From NCBI GenBank assembly GCA_964437495.1, contig CAYTGV010000012.1:1-63111 (forward strand): DNA of 63,111 nucleotides, read 5' to 3'. The stretch comes from an uncultured Planctomycetia bacterium. Lineage in GTDB: Bacteria > Omnitrophota > Gorgyraeia > B26-G9. Numbering within the stretch: position 1 is the stretch's first letter; the number at the start of each line of letters is the position of its first letter. Positions 1 to 9,558 of the stretch are shown piece after piece. Made by a program: the position numbers and the translations under genes. Under the pieces are notes generated by a model. That model was not told the origin of the DNA, searched no databases, and saw nothing but the letters and a program-made list of their open reading frames with translations.

Positions 1-737
1 CCATTTTCAATTTGATCTCGCCCGACTACAAGTTTAGAATATTTAGATATACGAACATGCCTTCCAAAACGCAACAGCTTTAGTTCAAAATAAGCTGGGT
101 CGATATTGTGTTCTAGCAATTCCCTCAATTTATTGGAAAAAGATTTGTCTGTAAGCAGACAGCCTCCGGCAGGATTCGGATATTCCTGGACTTTAAATTC
201 TTGCGCTAAAGATATCTGTCTTTTTCTTGAGCGCCCCTGAATATCAAGTAAAGCCTGTCGATCGACCAGCCTTTTTTCTTCCGGTTCTGTAACTTCTAAT
301 AACTTAGCACTTAAAGGGCGTAATATGTATTTTTCAAAACCTGAAGCCCTGGCAACTACTTGCAAAGACTGACGATTCTGAGACATAGGCCTTTCATTAA
401 GCACTTCACCTGTAAAGATGAAATCAAAGCCCTTTTTCTGCATTAATTCACCTGCCATTTTAAACATTAGGGCATGACAGTCTATACAAGGGTTCATTGT
501 TTTACCATAGCCATGGGGAGGATCTTTGACAATCTGAAAATGGTCTTTTGTGAAGTCTTCAATAATAAGCGCAATATCAATTTCCTTTGCTGCTTTTTGG
601 GCAAGATAAGCATTGAAAAAAGGACTGACAAAAGCAAGACCTATGACCTCTATGCCCTGACTTTGGATAACTTTTACCGCCAAGATACTGTCCAGTCCCC
701 CGGAGAAAAGACCGATAGCGCGAACTGCTTTTCCCAT
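1..737 (-). CDS. PP-loop ATP-pyrophosphatase family protein (MnmA/ThiI-like tRNA-thiolation-type enzyme); 3' end runs off the window
   Basis: Manual minus-strand translation from ATG at 735-737: MGKAVRAIGLFSGGLDSILA (SGGxDS PP-loop), CIDCH, GEVLNERPMSQ. Frame stays open to position 1. Absent from the ORF track because no stop lies in the window. Confidence 0.7.
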   Translation of the reverse strand, partial: MGKAVRAIGLFSGGLDSILAVKVIQSQGIEVIGLAFVSPFFNAYLAQKAAKEIDIALIIEDFTKDHFQIVKDPPHGYGKTMNPCIDCHALMFKMAGELMQKKGFDFIFTGEVLNERPMSQNRQSLQVVARASGFEKYILRPLSAKLLEVTEPEEKRLVDRQALLDIQGRSRKRQISLAQEFKVQEYPNPAGGCLLTDKSFSNKLRELLEHNIDPAYFELKLLRFGRHVRISKYSKLVVGRDQIEN

Positions 738-850
738 TTAGCCATCACCTTTACTTTTTTAGACAATACGCTTGCCCTTTTTACAATGTGCAGGGGCATC
801 GCAACCGCTTACTTCTTGTATTTTAATTTGGAATTGTGTCTTCGGCTGTC

Positions 851-1012
851 TTATTTGCTACTTACTGATTTATATTTTAGCTTTAAGCTTTTTCGTCTCT
901 CGTCTTAGCGAAGCAATCGTCCATCATCCTTCGTCTTTCTCGCTACTTGCTTTTAGCTTTTACTATAAGCCATGAGCTATCAGCTATTCTTTTGCTACTT
1001 ACTACTCTTTGA
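851..1012. repeat. Degenerate heptanucleotide tandem-repeat tract filling the greA / PP-loop gene spacer
   Basis: Plus strand parses in 7-nt register: agcttta agctttt tcgtctc tcgtctt ... caatcgt ccatcat ccttcgt ... gctactt gctttta gctttta ctataag ccatgag ctatcag ctattct. Confidence 0.6.
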
Positions 1013-1014
1013 TA

Positions 1015-1485
1015 TTATCTGTTTATTTCCAGAATCTCAACGGTCATCATTCCCACGGGGATTTTTACCTGCACGATATCACCGGCTTTATGACCAAGGA
1101 TCCCTTTGCCTAAAGGCGAAGTGGCTGCTATCTTATTTTTACTAAAATCCGCTTCTGCTTCAGAAACAAGCAAATACTCTTCTATTTCATTATCATTGAC
1201 AATGCGTATTTTTACACGAGCGCCAATAAGCACCTTATTCTTATCAATATTCTCATTATCAATAATTCGAGCGTGGCCAAGCGTGGCCTCAAGCTCAGAG
1301 ATACGTCTTTCATTAAAAGACATGGCTTCTTTTGCCGCGTGATATTCAGCATTTTCCTTCAAGTCGCCAAGCGCTCTGGCCGTTTCAATAGCATCGGATA
1401 TTTCTCTGCGCTTTCCCTTTTTTAAAAGATCATACTCTCTTTTAAGAGTATCATAACCATCTTGGGTCAAAAATACATCTTTCAT
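1015..1485 (-). CDS. greA: Transcription elongation factor GreA
   Basis: 156 aa; N-terminal coiled coil with LGDLKENAEYHAAKE and a C-terminal FKBP-like domain typical of GreA. Confidence 0.95.
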   Translation of the reverse strand: MKDVFLTQDGYDTLKREYDLLKKGKRREISDAIETARALGDLKENAEYHAAKEAMSFNERRISELEATLGHARIIDNENIDKNKVLIGARVKIRIVNDNEIEEYLLVSEAEADFSKNKIAATSPLGKGILGHKAGDIVQVKIPVGMMTVEILEINR

Positions 1486-1502
1486 CTACCAATCTCCTTA
1501 TA

Positions 1503-1572
1503 TAAGCTATAAGCCGTAAGTACTAAGTATTAAGTATTCCTTTTGTATAACTCTTAATTCTTAATTCTTAAT
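1503..1572. repeat. Two heptamer tandem arrays (taagnnn x5, then tcttaat x3) in the HD-gene / greA spacer
   Basis: taagcta taagccg taagtac taagtat taagtat (1503-1537) and tcttaat tcttaat tcttaat (1552-1572), read directly. Confidence 0.75.
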
Positions 1573-1588
1573 CCTGCCTACTAAATAT

Positions 1589-2173
1589 TCATCTTTTAAA
1601 CTCTGAGATCCGCTGCCACCACTTACTACTATCCCATTTTTTCATATTTTTCCACAGAGAAATAGCTGATTTAGTTTCCAGAAATGCAGGCGCTTTTTTA
1701 AAAAAAAGCTTTGCCTGCGTTTTTCCTTGATCAAAATATTCTTTTGCCTGAAACAGGCACTCAAGAATATCCGCATCACGTGCGACAATACTTTCTTTAG
1801 TCCTTTGTGCTGTATATTCCTTGCGCCACTCAGACATCTCATCTTTTATCATCTTCGGCAGATTCTCTATCTGGTCAAAAAATGCATTATTTTCTGCCTC
1901 TGTAAAATTTAAATATTTGGAAGCCACCTTATGGGCATCGTTAATCCGAGCCTCATGGATATCATTAAAAAGACACATCATTGTCACAGTATGAACACAG
2001 GCCTTTTCCATTTTAGCTAAAAGATAACCGATAACCGCACAACGAAAACTATGATCCGCAACAGATTCGGGGTTTTCTATCCCAACTACCCACCAGCCAC
2101 TCCGTTTTACACGTTTTAAAAGACCTGCTTCTGCGGCTAAATTCATTATATCTTCAAAATTCTTCATCTTCAT
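1589..2173 (-). CDS. HD-domain phosphohydrolase (YfbR-like 5'-deoxynucleotidase family)
   Basis: 194 aa; SVADHSFR ... NDIHEARINDAHK ... ARDADILE, the HD superfamily metal-ligand pattern. Confidence 0.85.
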   Translation of the reverse strand: MKMKNFEDIMNLAAEAGLLKRVKRSGWWVVGIENPESVADHSFRCAVIGYLLAKMEKACVHTVTMMCLFNDIHEARINDAHKVASKYLNFTEAENNAFFDQIENLPKMIKDEMSEWRKEYTAQRTKESIVARDADILECLFQAKEYFDQGKTQAKLFFKKAPAFLETKSAISLWKNMKKWDSSKWWQRISEFKR

Positions 2174-2579
2174 CCTTTTTAAAAATGTTTTTAATTAAAC
2201 CTTCTATCTTTGACTTTATTTCCTCACGCGTTTTGCGAAAGGAATCCATATTTTTTCCCGTTGGATCAGTGATTTGCCACTGGATATGCTTTTTCGCAGG
2301 CACTGCAGAACAATTATCCTGACACCCTATGCCAATAAGATAATCAAACTCTTTTAACGGCAGGCGATCAACTCCCTTGGATTGATAATAAGAAATATTA
2401 ATTCCAGCTTCTTTCATTACCTCTTTAGCCAGAGCTTTAACTTCACCGATTGGTTTTGATCCGGCGCTATAGGCCTTTAATTTGCATATTATTGAGCAAT
2501 GCTTCAGCTATCTGCTTCGACAAGAGTTTTCCACGCATAAAAACAATATTGATTTTGGATCTCCATCCCTGTTTTGCAT
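2154..2579 (-). pseudogene. arsC: Disrupted arsC-type low-molecular-weight phosphatase / arsenate reductase gene
   Basis: From ATG at 2579: MQNRDGDPKSILFLCVENSCRSR then TAG at 2508-2510. The CX5R P-loop is intact. The conserved QIAEALLNN follows in another frame, and KAYSAGSKPIGEV... returns to the frame of ORF 2154..2417. Confidence 0.75.
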
Positions 2580-2591
2580 AATTCTAATCCC

Positions 2592-3854
2592 TTAAAATTT
2601 ATTAATTACAAGCCCGGTTACCGGCTTAGGGTAAAAATAAGTTGATTTTTGCGGCATACGGCTACCGGATAATGCGATCTTTGTAACCTGTTCAGCTTTT
2701 GTAGTATTAGGGAAAAAAGCAACCAAGGCCTTTTTCTTCTTTACGCACTCTACCGCAAACAAGGAATCCCTTGTATAACTTATTTTTTCCTCTTTTTGCT
2801 TTTCATTAAGCTTAAATATATGTTTAAAAACAACCGTATTAAGCATCGCTACATCAAGCCTACGCCACTGCACAGGTGTTTTGCGCATGAGTTTAGAAAG
2901 TAATTTAGCGTCCTTCATCTCTAAAACATAAAACTTGTTTTTAAAACACATGCCCAGGGAAAACCCTTTTTTCTTTGACTGTGAAGAAAACATTGCTTTA
3001 AGATCAGCCATAATACTTACCTTAAAATACTCACCCAGAGTTTTTATCTTGTTTTCAATACCAGCAATGTCCCTCACCAGCCTATGCGTAGGCATAACGC
3101 TAAGGTTCTGGTCATTAAATCCAGTGAAATACACCATAACTGAATCAAATTCCCCCTTGCTACCCTTTTTCTTTGTCATTTCCTGAAAATACGATTTAGA
3201 AACCTCATACCGATGATGTCCATCAGCAATAAAAGTCTGCTTTTTTTTCATTAATTCCCGCACTTTATCAATTGTCTTATTATCATCGACCTGCCAGAAT
3301 CGATGTGTGATCTTTTCTTTGTCCTTAAAATTTATAAGAGGTTTTTTCTTCGTAAAGGGCTTCAAGATTTTTTCTATATCATTTTTTTCATCAATAAAAA
3401 AAGAAAAAATAGGACTAAGGTTGGCATGCACCTGGCGCATCAGCTTTACCCGATCCTGTTTTGGTTTAGCCAGAGTAAGTTCATGCGGCAGGCAAATACT
3501 GTCCTTTTTAAATTTCAATCTGGCAAAAAAACCAATTCTTTTCTTTAATTTTCCCTCAAAACTATAGTTCTGAGTATAAATATAAATACTCGCAGATGTG
3601 TCTTTTACCAAAATGCCTGTTTCCATCCATTTTTTAAAAAGTTTACCTGCACGAGTATAACGATTATTTTGTGTATCATCCTGCTTAGACTGCTTGCCCA
3701 AAATCAGCCTTATAATATTAAATTGATGTTTTCTGTATAACTCTACCTGTTGTTTTACTGAAATAACATCATAAGGAGGAGCAAATATATCATTTATTTT
3801 TTTAACTACTTTGGGGTTATATCTTATTCCTCGAAACGGAATAATCTCAGCCAT
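2592..3854 (-). CDS. DUF1015 family protein
   Basis: 420 aa; MAEIIPFRGIRYNP ... APPYDVIS ... FIADGHHRYE, characteristic of DUF1015. Confidence 0.85.
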   Translation of the reverse strand: MAEIIPFRGIRYNPKVVKKINDIFAPPYDVISVKQQVELYRKHQFNIIRLILGKQSKQDDTQNNRYTRAGKLFKKWMETGILVKDTSASIYIYTQNYSFEGKLKKRIGFFARLKFKKDSICLPHELTLAKPKQDRVKLMRQVHANLSPIFSFFIDEKNDIEKILKPFTKKKPLINFKDKEKITHRFWQVDDNKTIDKVRELMKKKQTFIADGHHRYEVSKSYFQEMTKKKGSKGEFDSVMVYFTGFNDQNLSVMPTHRLVRDIAGIENKIKTLGEYFKVSIMADLKAMFSSQSKKKGFSLGMCFKNKFYVLEMKDAKLLSKLMRKTPVQWRRLDVAMLNTVVFKHIFKLNEKQKEEKISYTRDSLFAVECVKKKKALVAFFPNTTKAEQVTKIALSGSRMPQKSTYFYPKPVTGLVINKF

Positions 3855-3898
3855 CCCATATTCTCCTTTTTATAATCCAGCTTAATTTACAAACCTTA

Positions 3899-4282
3899 TC
3901 ATCCTTTGAAAAACTTATTTCCTATTAAAGCACCAATACTGTCATAAATTAAATCAATAAAACTCGCCGTGCGCATCGGCACAAAATACTGATGCAACTC
4001 GTCAGTCATTCCATATACAATAGCACAAACCACGGCTAAAATGCGAAAATATTTTCTAAAATTAACTTTTTTTGAATTGCCAAAAGCCCGAGCAAGCAAA
4101 AAGCTAAATACAGCATACTCAATCGCATGAGCTAGTTTATCAAAAGAAAAAACCGGCTGGACAGCTTTAGGAAATGTAGAAAATGAAGACAGAGAAAAAA
4201 TTAATATAGCCCACACTATTACGGGCAGCCAATATAAGTAAAATTTATTATCAGTCTTGTTTTTTGTCCTTCCCCTTATCAT
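3899..4282 (-). CDS. VanZ-like family membrane protein
   Basis: 127 aa, about four TM helices, DKLAHAIEY and TDELHQYFVPMRTASFIDL motifs. Confidence 0.75.
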   Translation of the reverse strand: MIRGRTKNKTDNKFYLYWLPVIVWAILIFSLSSFSTFPKAVQPVFSFDKLAHAIEYAVFSFLLARAFGNSKKVNFRKYFRILAVVCAIVYGMTDELHQYFVPMRTASFIDLIYDSIGALIGNKFFKG

Positions 4283-4577
4283 CAGAGGCCTTATTGTCTG
4301 TTTTATCGGATTTATTTTCTTTAGTTTCCTGCTTCTTATCTATGCTGGAGTTATTATTTCCCGTTGATCTGCCGCCTAAGCGATTATTTTCTTTTCGCTT
4401 ATAATCTGTTTCATAAAATCCCGATCCTTTAAAGATAATTCCCATCCCAGAACCAATAAGTCTTTTAACTTTGGCTTTGCCGCATTTAGGACATTTTTTT
4501 ATCGGCTTTGCGCTCATCATTTGAAATAATTCAAACTTATGCTTACAAGCTAGGCATTCATAATCATATGTCGGCAT
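4251..4577 (-). CDS. FmdB-family zinc-ribbon protein with a Lys/Asp-rich tail
   Basis: MPTYDYECLACKHKFE ... KCPKCG, the CxxC...CxxC FmdB signature. Confidence 0.8.
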   Translation of the reverse strand: MPTYDYECLACKHKFELFQMMSAKPIKKCPKCGKAKVKRLIGSGMGIIFKGSGFYETDYKRKENNRLGGRSTGNNNSSIDKKQETKENKSDKTDNKASDDKGKDKKQD

Positions 4578-4678
4578 TTTGTTTTAATTCCTTTTTTTGT
4601 CTACTGTTTCAAGATCACTTCTCATATGTAGAAAAACAAGTGACTTGTGTCATGGCAACCTAATAGCCTATTTTTAAT

Positions 4679-5809
4679 TTACTTAAATGCTTTTTTTATT
4701 TTTTCAGTAATGGACTCATTTTTAGAATCATAATTGCTGATTTTTGAGAACTCAAGTAATAATTTCTTTTGCTCTGAGCTTAAATTAGTCGGCACAGTAA
4801 CATGAACCCTTATGTACTGATCTCCTTTACTGTAGCCTCTCAGATCTGAAAAACCTTTGCTGCTGATTCTAAAAACCTTCTCACTTTGCGTGCCAGCGGG
4901 TATTTTCATCTTGATTTTTTCTTCATATATACCCGGCACTTCTATTTCCGTACCCATTGCCGCCTGAACAAAGCTTATGGGAACTTTGCAAATAACATCA
5001 TTGCCGTGTCTTTCAAAAATCTTATGCGGCTTTAAGCGAATCAATATATATAACTCACCCCGCGGCCCGCCTTTTGCCCCTGCTTCTCCTTCTCCTCTAA
5101 CACGTAAATGCGAACCATTATCTACGCCGGCAGGTATTTTTATATTAATTTTCCTCTCAACCTGCACCTGCCCTGATCCACGGCATTTTTTGCAGGGATG
5201 GGTAATAATCTCCCCCGCACCATGACAGCTGTCACATGTTCTGGCAATAGTAAAAAATCCCGCTGATTGTCCTACTTGCCCGCTTCCCTTGCAAGCTGGG
5301 CAGGTAATTCTTTTTGTCCCTGGCTGAGCACCGTTACCTTTACATGCCGGACACGGGTCACCTCGTTTTATAGCAATTGTTCTCTCTATACCTTTTGCCG
5401 CTTCTTCAAAACTGATCTGAAGTTCATATTCAAGATCTGCGCCACTACTGGGACCGCGTCTTGACTGGCGTCCTCCGGAAAAACCAAAACCGGAAAAAAG
5501 ATCTTCAAATATCCCTCCCAAATCCTGAAATCCGGAAAAATCAGCCCCGCGAAATATATCTTCACTGCTGTATTGATTGTTAATACCGGCATGGCCAAAA
5601 CGATCATATTGCGCCCTTTTATTTTGATCCGATAATACGGCGTAAGCTTCTGAAATTTCTTTAAATTTTTCTTCTGATTCTTTGTGTTTATCAGCAGTTG
5701 CCCTATCCGGATGATATTTCATAGCCAGCTTACGGTATGTTTTCTTAATAACATCAACCTCAGCATCTTTACTTACACCTAAAATCTCGTAATAATCTCG
5801 TTTCGTCAT
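4679..5809 (-). CDS. dnaJ: Molecular chaperone DnaJ
   Basis: J-domain (DYYEILGV, HPD), G/F region and four CxxCxGxG zinc-finger repeats. Start moved to ATG at 5809 (MTKRDYY), preceded by AAGGA. Confidence 0.95.
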   Translation of the reverse strand: MTKRDYYEILGVSKDAEVDVIKKTYRKLAMKYHPDRATADKHKESEEKFKEISEAYAVLSDQNKRAQYDRFGHAGINNQYSSEDIFRGADFSGFQDLGGIFEDLFSGFGFSGGRQSRRGPSSGADLEYELQISFEEAAKGIERTIAIKRGDPCPACKGNGAQPGTKRITCPACKGSGQVGQSAGFFTIARTCDSCHGAGEIITHPCKKCRGSGQVQVERKINIKIPAGVDNGSHLRVRGEGEAGAKGGPRGELYILIRLKPHKIFERHGNDVICKVPISFVQAAMGTEIEVPGIYEEKIKMKIPAGTQSEKVFRISSKGFSDLRGYSKGDQYIRVHVTVPTNLSSEQKKLLLEFSKISNYDSKNESITEKIKKAFK

Positions 5810-5907
5810 TATTTTCCTTTTTTTAAACACAGATGAACACTAATATCTGTATCCATCTGTGTTAAATCCGCAATCATCTGATTCTTTTAATCAGTGCCAA
5901 TCTGTGA

Positions 5908-7791
5908 TTATTTTTCGTCTTCTACTTTATACTCAGCATCCACAACATCTTCCTTCTTCTTATCATCTGCTGGGGCCTCATCCTGCTGGGGCGCCGACTG
6001 ACCTTGAGCTTGGTTTGCTTGATCAGACTGCTGCTGCGCTGCCTGGGCTTTATATACTGCTTCAGCTAATTTATGCGAAGCCTGAGTCAACTCTTCTGTT
6101 AACTTCTTTATTTTTTCAATATCAGTACCTTTTAAGTCTTCTTTTAACTGAGCTGCTTTCTTTTCTATATCTTCTTTATCAGCTGCGCTTACTTTATCAC
6201 CAAAATCCTTTAAAGACTTTTCAGTAGAATAGACTAATGTTTCCGCTTGATTACGCGTCTCAACTTCTTCTTTTTTCTTTTTGTCCGCTTCGGCAAATTT
6301 TTCCGCGTCCTTTACCATGCGATTGATTTCCTCTTCGGACAGTTTAGTCGGTGCGGTAATCGTGATTTTCTGCTCCTTACCCGTCCCAAGATCTTTTGCT
6401 GATACATGCACAAGACCATTGGCATCAATATCAAAAGTCACTTCTATCTGAGGAATACCCCGGGCCGCTGCAGGGATACCAACAAGATTAAATCTACCCA
6501 ACTCAACATTGTCATTAGCCATCTGCCTTTCACCCTGCAGTACTCTGATCGTAACTTCAGTTTGATTATCCGCGGCAGTTGAAAATACCTGGCTCTTTTT
6601 TGTAGGCACTGTTGTATTGCGTTCAATCAACTTTGTGCATACGCTGCCAAGAGTCTCTATGCCTAAAGAAAGCGGAGTAACATCAAGTAATAATACATCT
6701 TTTACATCACCTCTAATAATACCCGCCTGAATTGCCGCTCCCATAGCTACGCATTCCATAGGATCAACGCCGCCTTCAATCTTTTTGCCTGCATAATCTT
6801 CAACAAATTTCTGAACTATCGGCATACGAGTAGGGCCGCCAACCATGATAATCCGGTCAATATCGCTAGGCTGCAGTTTCGCGTCCTGGATTGCCTTTGC
6901 TATCGGTTCACGGCAACGTTCAACAATCGGATTGATCAAGTCTTCCAGTTTTGCCCTGCTGATTGAAAGAGTCAAATGTTTAGGTCCGCTTGCATCTGCT
7001 GTAATAAAAGGCAGATTTACGTCTGTGTTTAAAGCACTCGAAAGCTCAATTTTAGCTTTTTCCGCGCCCTCTCTCAAACGTTGCAAAGCCATTTTATCTT
7101 TACGAAGATCGATTCCCTGCTCCTTTTGAAATTCATCTGCAATATAATCAATAAGCGCATTATCCATATCCGTACCGCCCAGATGCGTATCACCATGAGT
7201 CGATTTTACTTCAAAAACACCATCAGCCATTTCCATAACAGTTACATCAAGCGTACCGCCGCCTAAATCAAAAACCATGATCTTCTGCTCTTTACCTGAT
7301 TTATCCATCCCATAAGCAAGGCATGCTGCTGTCGGTTCATTTATGATCCGCAAGACATTAAGTCCGGCAATAGCTCCCGCGTCCTTTGTCGCTGCTCTTT
7401 GATTATCATCAAAATAAGCCGGGCAGGTAATAACCACCCCGTCAACCTTATCGCCTAAATAGGCCTCAGCATCTTCCTTTACCTTTTGCAGGATAAAAGC
7501 GGATATCTGCTGCGGTGTATATTTATTGCCATAAGCCTCGAATTTATAATCCGAACCCATTTTCCTTTTTGCTGCCTGTATTGTACCCTGTGCATTGATC
7601 GCTGCCTGACGACGTGCCGGCTCACCCACCAAACGCTGTCCGTCTTTTGTAAACGCAACATATGAAGGAAAGGCTTTTCCTCCTCCTACTGTAGTACCCT
7701 CAGATGACGGTATTATAGATGGTCTGCCTCCTTCTAAAAAAGCCGCTGCTGAATTTGAAGTTCCTAAGTCAATTCCAATTACCTTTGCCAT
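5908..7791 (-). CDS. dnaK: Molecular chaperone DnaK (Hsp70)
   Basis: 627 aa; [27 protein letters not shown] Hsp70 signatures. Confidence 0.98.
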   Translation of the reverse strand: MAKVIGIDLGTSNSAAAFLEGGRPSIIPSSEGTTVGGGKAFPSYVAFTKDGQRLVGEPARRQAAINAQGTIQAAKRKMGSDYKFEAYGNKYTPQQISAFILQKVKEDAEAYLGDKVDGVVITCPAYFDDNQRAATKDAGAIAGLNVLRIINEPTAACLAYGMDKSGKEQKIMVFDLGGGTLDVTVMEMADGVFEVKSTHGDTHLGGTDMDNALIDYIADEFQKEQGIDLRKDKMALQRLREGAEKAKIELSSALNTDVNLPFITADASGPKHLTLSISRAKLEDLINPIVERCREPIAKAIQDAKLQPSDIDRIIMVGGPTRMPIVQKFVEDYAGKKIEGGVDPMECVAMGAAIQAGIIRGDVKDVLLLDVTPLSLGIETLGSVCTKLIERNTTVPTKKSQVFSTAADNQTEVTIRVLQGERQMANDNVELGRFNLVGIPAAARGIPQIEVTFDIDANGLVHVSAKDLGTGKEQKITITAPTKLSEEEINRMVKDAEKFAEADKKKKEEVETRNQAETLVYSTEKSLKDFGDKVSAADKEDIEKKAAQLKEDLKGTDIEKIKKLTEELTQASHKLAEAVYKAQAAQQQSDQANQAQGQSAPQQDEAPADDKKKEDVVDAEYKVEDEK

Positions 7792-7811
7792 TTTTAAACC
7801 CTCCCCTTTAA

Positions 7812-8423
7812 TTATTCTGTTTTACTCTCTTCTTGTTTATTGTTCTCTTGTTCTGTTCCTTCATCACTGATTATCTGTTCTTCTTTATTGTCAATTATCT
7901 CTTCCTGTGCCTTTGATACTTTTACCTTAGCTGTTCTAAGAACTCTCTCATTAAGGAGATATCCTTTTTCCAATTCCTCTATTACCGTATTATCCGGATA
8001 TTCATCGGATTCGACCTGCATAAGCGCCTCATGAAAAGCCGGATCAAAAAGCTTTCCCTTTGCCTCTATCTCAGTCACGCCTTTATCTTTCAAGAGGTCG
8101 ATCAAACGCTTTAAGATCATTTCCACGCCTTTATGTAAATCATCAAATTCCCGTGTCTGGTCAGCAGCCGCAAATGCACGCTTAAAATCATCGACAAACG
8201 GAATAAGCTCACTTATAATCTGCTCATTGGAGAATCTAAGAAATGATATCTTATCTCTCTCCATACGCTTTTTGGTGTTTTCTATATCAGCCTGAAAAAG
8301 TAGCATTTTGTCCGTAATCTCTTTTTCTTTTTCCAAAAGGCTCTTATATTCATTTTCACCTATTTTGATCATCTTTTCTTTAATCTTTTTCTCTTCTTTT
8401 TTGTGTTTTACTTCTTCTTCCAT
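7812..8423 (-). CDS. grpE: Nucleotide exchange factor GrpE
   Basis: 203 aa; [10 protein letters not shown] and the C-terminal beta domain typical of GrpE; lies between hrcA and dnaK. Confidence 0.95.
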   Translation of the reverse strand: MEEEVKHKKEEKKIKEKMIKIGENEYKSLLEKEKEITDKMLLFQADIENTKKRMERDKISFLRFSNEQIISELIPFVDDFKRAFAAADQTREFDDLHKGVEMILKRLIDLLKDKGVTEIEAKGKLFDPAFHEALMQVESDEYPDNTVIEELEKGYLLNERVLRTAKVKVSKAQEEIIDNKEEQIISDEGTEQENNKQEESKTE

Positions 8424-8435
8424 AAATCACCCACC

Positions 8436-9488
8436 TTAAATAACAAACTTGTTTAAAGCCTCACTAAGCATTGCGGAGACATATTCTACTGTTGCTATCG
8501 CCTTACCGTAATCCATACGTTTAGGTCCGACAATGCCAAGAGCCCCAATTGTCTGATTACCAATTTCATAAGTACCCAGAACAATTGTGCAATTGTTCAT
8601 AAAGTTATGCGGATTTTCCTTACCGATAAAGACCCTTATTTTTTTATTCCCTTGATCCTCTTGCATAACCTCACGCACAAGTGAGGTCATAACAATCTTT
8701 TCATCCAAAAGTTTAATTAACGCACACACCATTTCAGAGCTGTCAAATCCCGGCAAATTCAAAAAATTACTCAAACCCTCCATATAAAAATGCATGTTCT
8801 CATCTATAATAGCGCTTGAATCCATCATCTCCATAGACTGCTTCAAAACATGAAAGAACGAATTTCGTTCCTGAATCATCATCTTACGCAGTTTTGTCTT
8901 AACATTCAATAAAGGAATATCTTCAAGCTGCGCATTCATAAAATTCTGAATCTTTTTTATTTTTTCCTGGTCAATTTTTAAATCAAAATCAATCACCGAT
9001 GTTCTGGTAATGCCTGTATTGGTAATAAGCGTGACGCATACTTTTTTCTGATTAAGCAGAGTGAATTGGATACGCTTAAAACATGTCTTTTGGATCTCAG
9101 GCTGAGAAACAACTCCCGCATAATTTGTAAAATCAGAAAGCACTTTTGATGTCTTTCTCACAACTTCCTCAAAGGCCAGCTGTTTTGCCAAATATTTTTT
9201 ACTTATATTTAACTGTTCCTGCGGCGTAAGCCCTTCACTTTGCACAAGCCTATCCACATAATAACGATATCCCTTATCTGTAGGTATTCTTCCCGCAGAC
9301 GTATGCAAATGAGTTATCAGCTCACGGTCTTCAAGCTCAGCCATAATATTTCTAATCGAAGCCGGACATAAATCCATCTTGTATTTCTTGCATATTGTGC
9401 GAGAACTTACAGGCGAGCCACTTGTAATATAATTATTGATTATAATTCGAAGGATTTTCTCTCTTCTTTGCTCGACATCTAATCTCAT
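8436..9488 (-). CDS. hrcA: Heat-inducible transcription repressor HrcA
   Basis: 350 aa; N-terminal winged helix (SGSPVSSRTICKKY); first gene after the CIRCE operator. Confidence 0.95.
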   Translation of the reverse strand: MRLDVEQRREKILRIIINNYITSGSPVSSRTICKKYKMDLCPASIRNIMAELEDRELITHLHTSAGRIPTDKGYRYYVDRLVQSEGLTPQEQLNISKKYLAKQLAFEEVVRKTSKVLSDFTNYAGVVSQPEIQKTCFKRIQFTLLNQKKVCVTLITNTGITRTSVIDFDLKIDQEKIKKIQNFMNAQLEDIPLLNVKTKLRKMMIQERNSFFHVLKQSMEMMDSSAIIDENMHFYMEGLSNFLNLPGFDSSEMVCALIKLLDEKIVMTSLVREVMQEDQGNKKIRVFIGKENPHNFMNNCTIVLGTYEIGNQTIGALGIVGPKRMDYGKAIATVEYVSAMLSEALNKFVI

Positions 9489-9500
9489 TTTTACTCCACT

Positions 9501-9527
9501 TTAGCACTCTAGGTTAAAGAGTGCTAA
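9501..9527 (-). promoter_or_regulatory. CIRCE operator (HrcA binding site)
   Basis: ttagcactc-taggttaaa-gagtgctaa, a perfect TTAGCACTC-N9-GAGTGCTAA, 12 nt upstream of the hrcA start. Confidence 0.95.
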
Positions 9528-9528
9528 T

Positions 9529-9558
9529 ATACTATCATGAGACTCAAATTTCTGTCAA
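9529..9558 (-). promoter_or_regulatory. Putative sigma-70-type promoter of the hrcA-grpE-dnaK-dnaJ operon
   Basis: Minus strand TTGACA (9553-9558), 18 nt, TAGTAT (9529-9534), abutting CIRCE. The -35 lies inside the last hflX codons. Confidence 0.55.
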
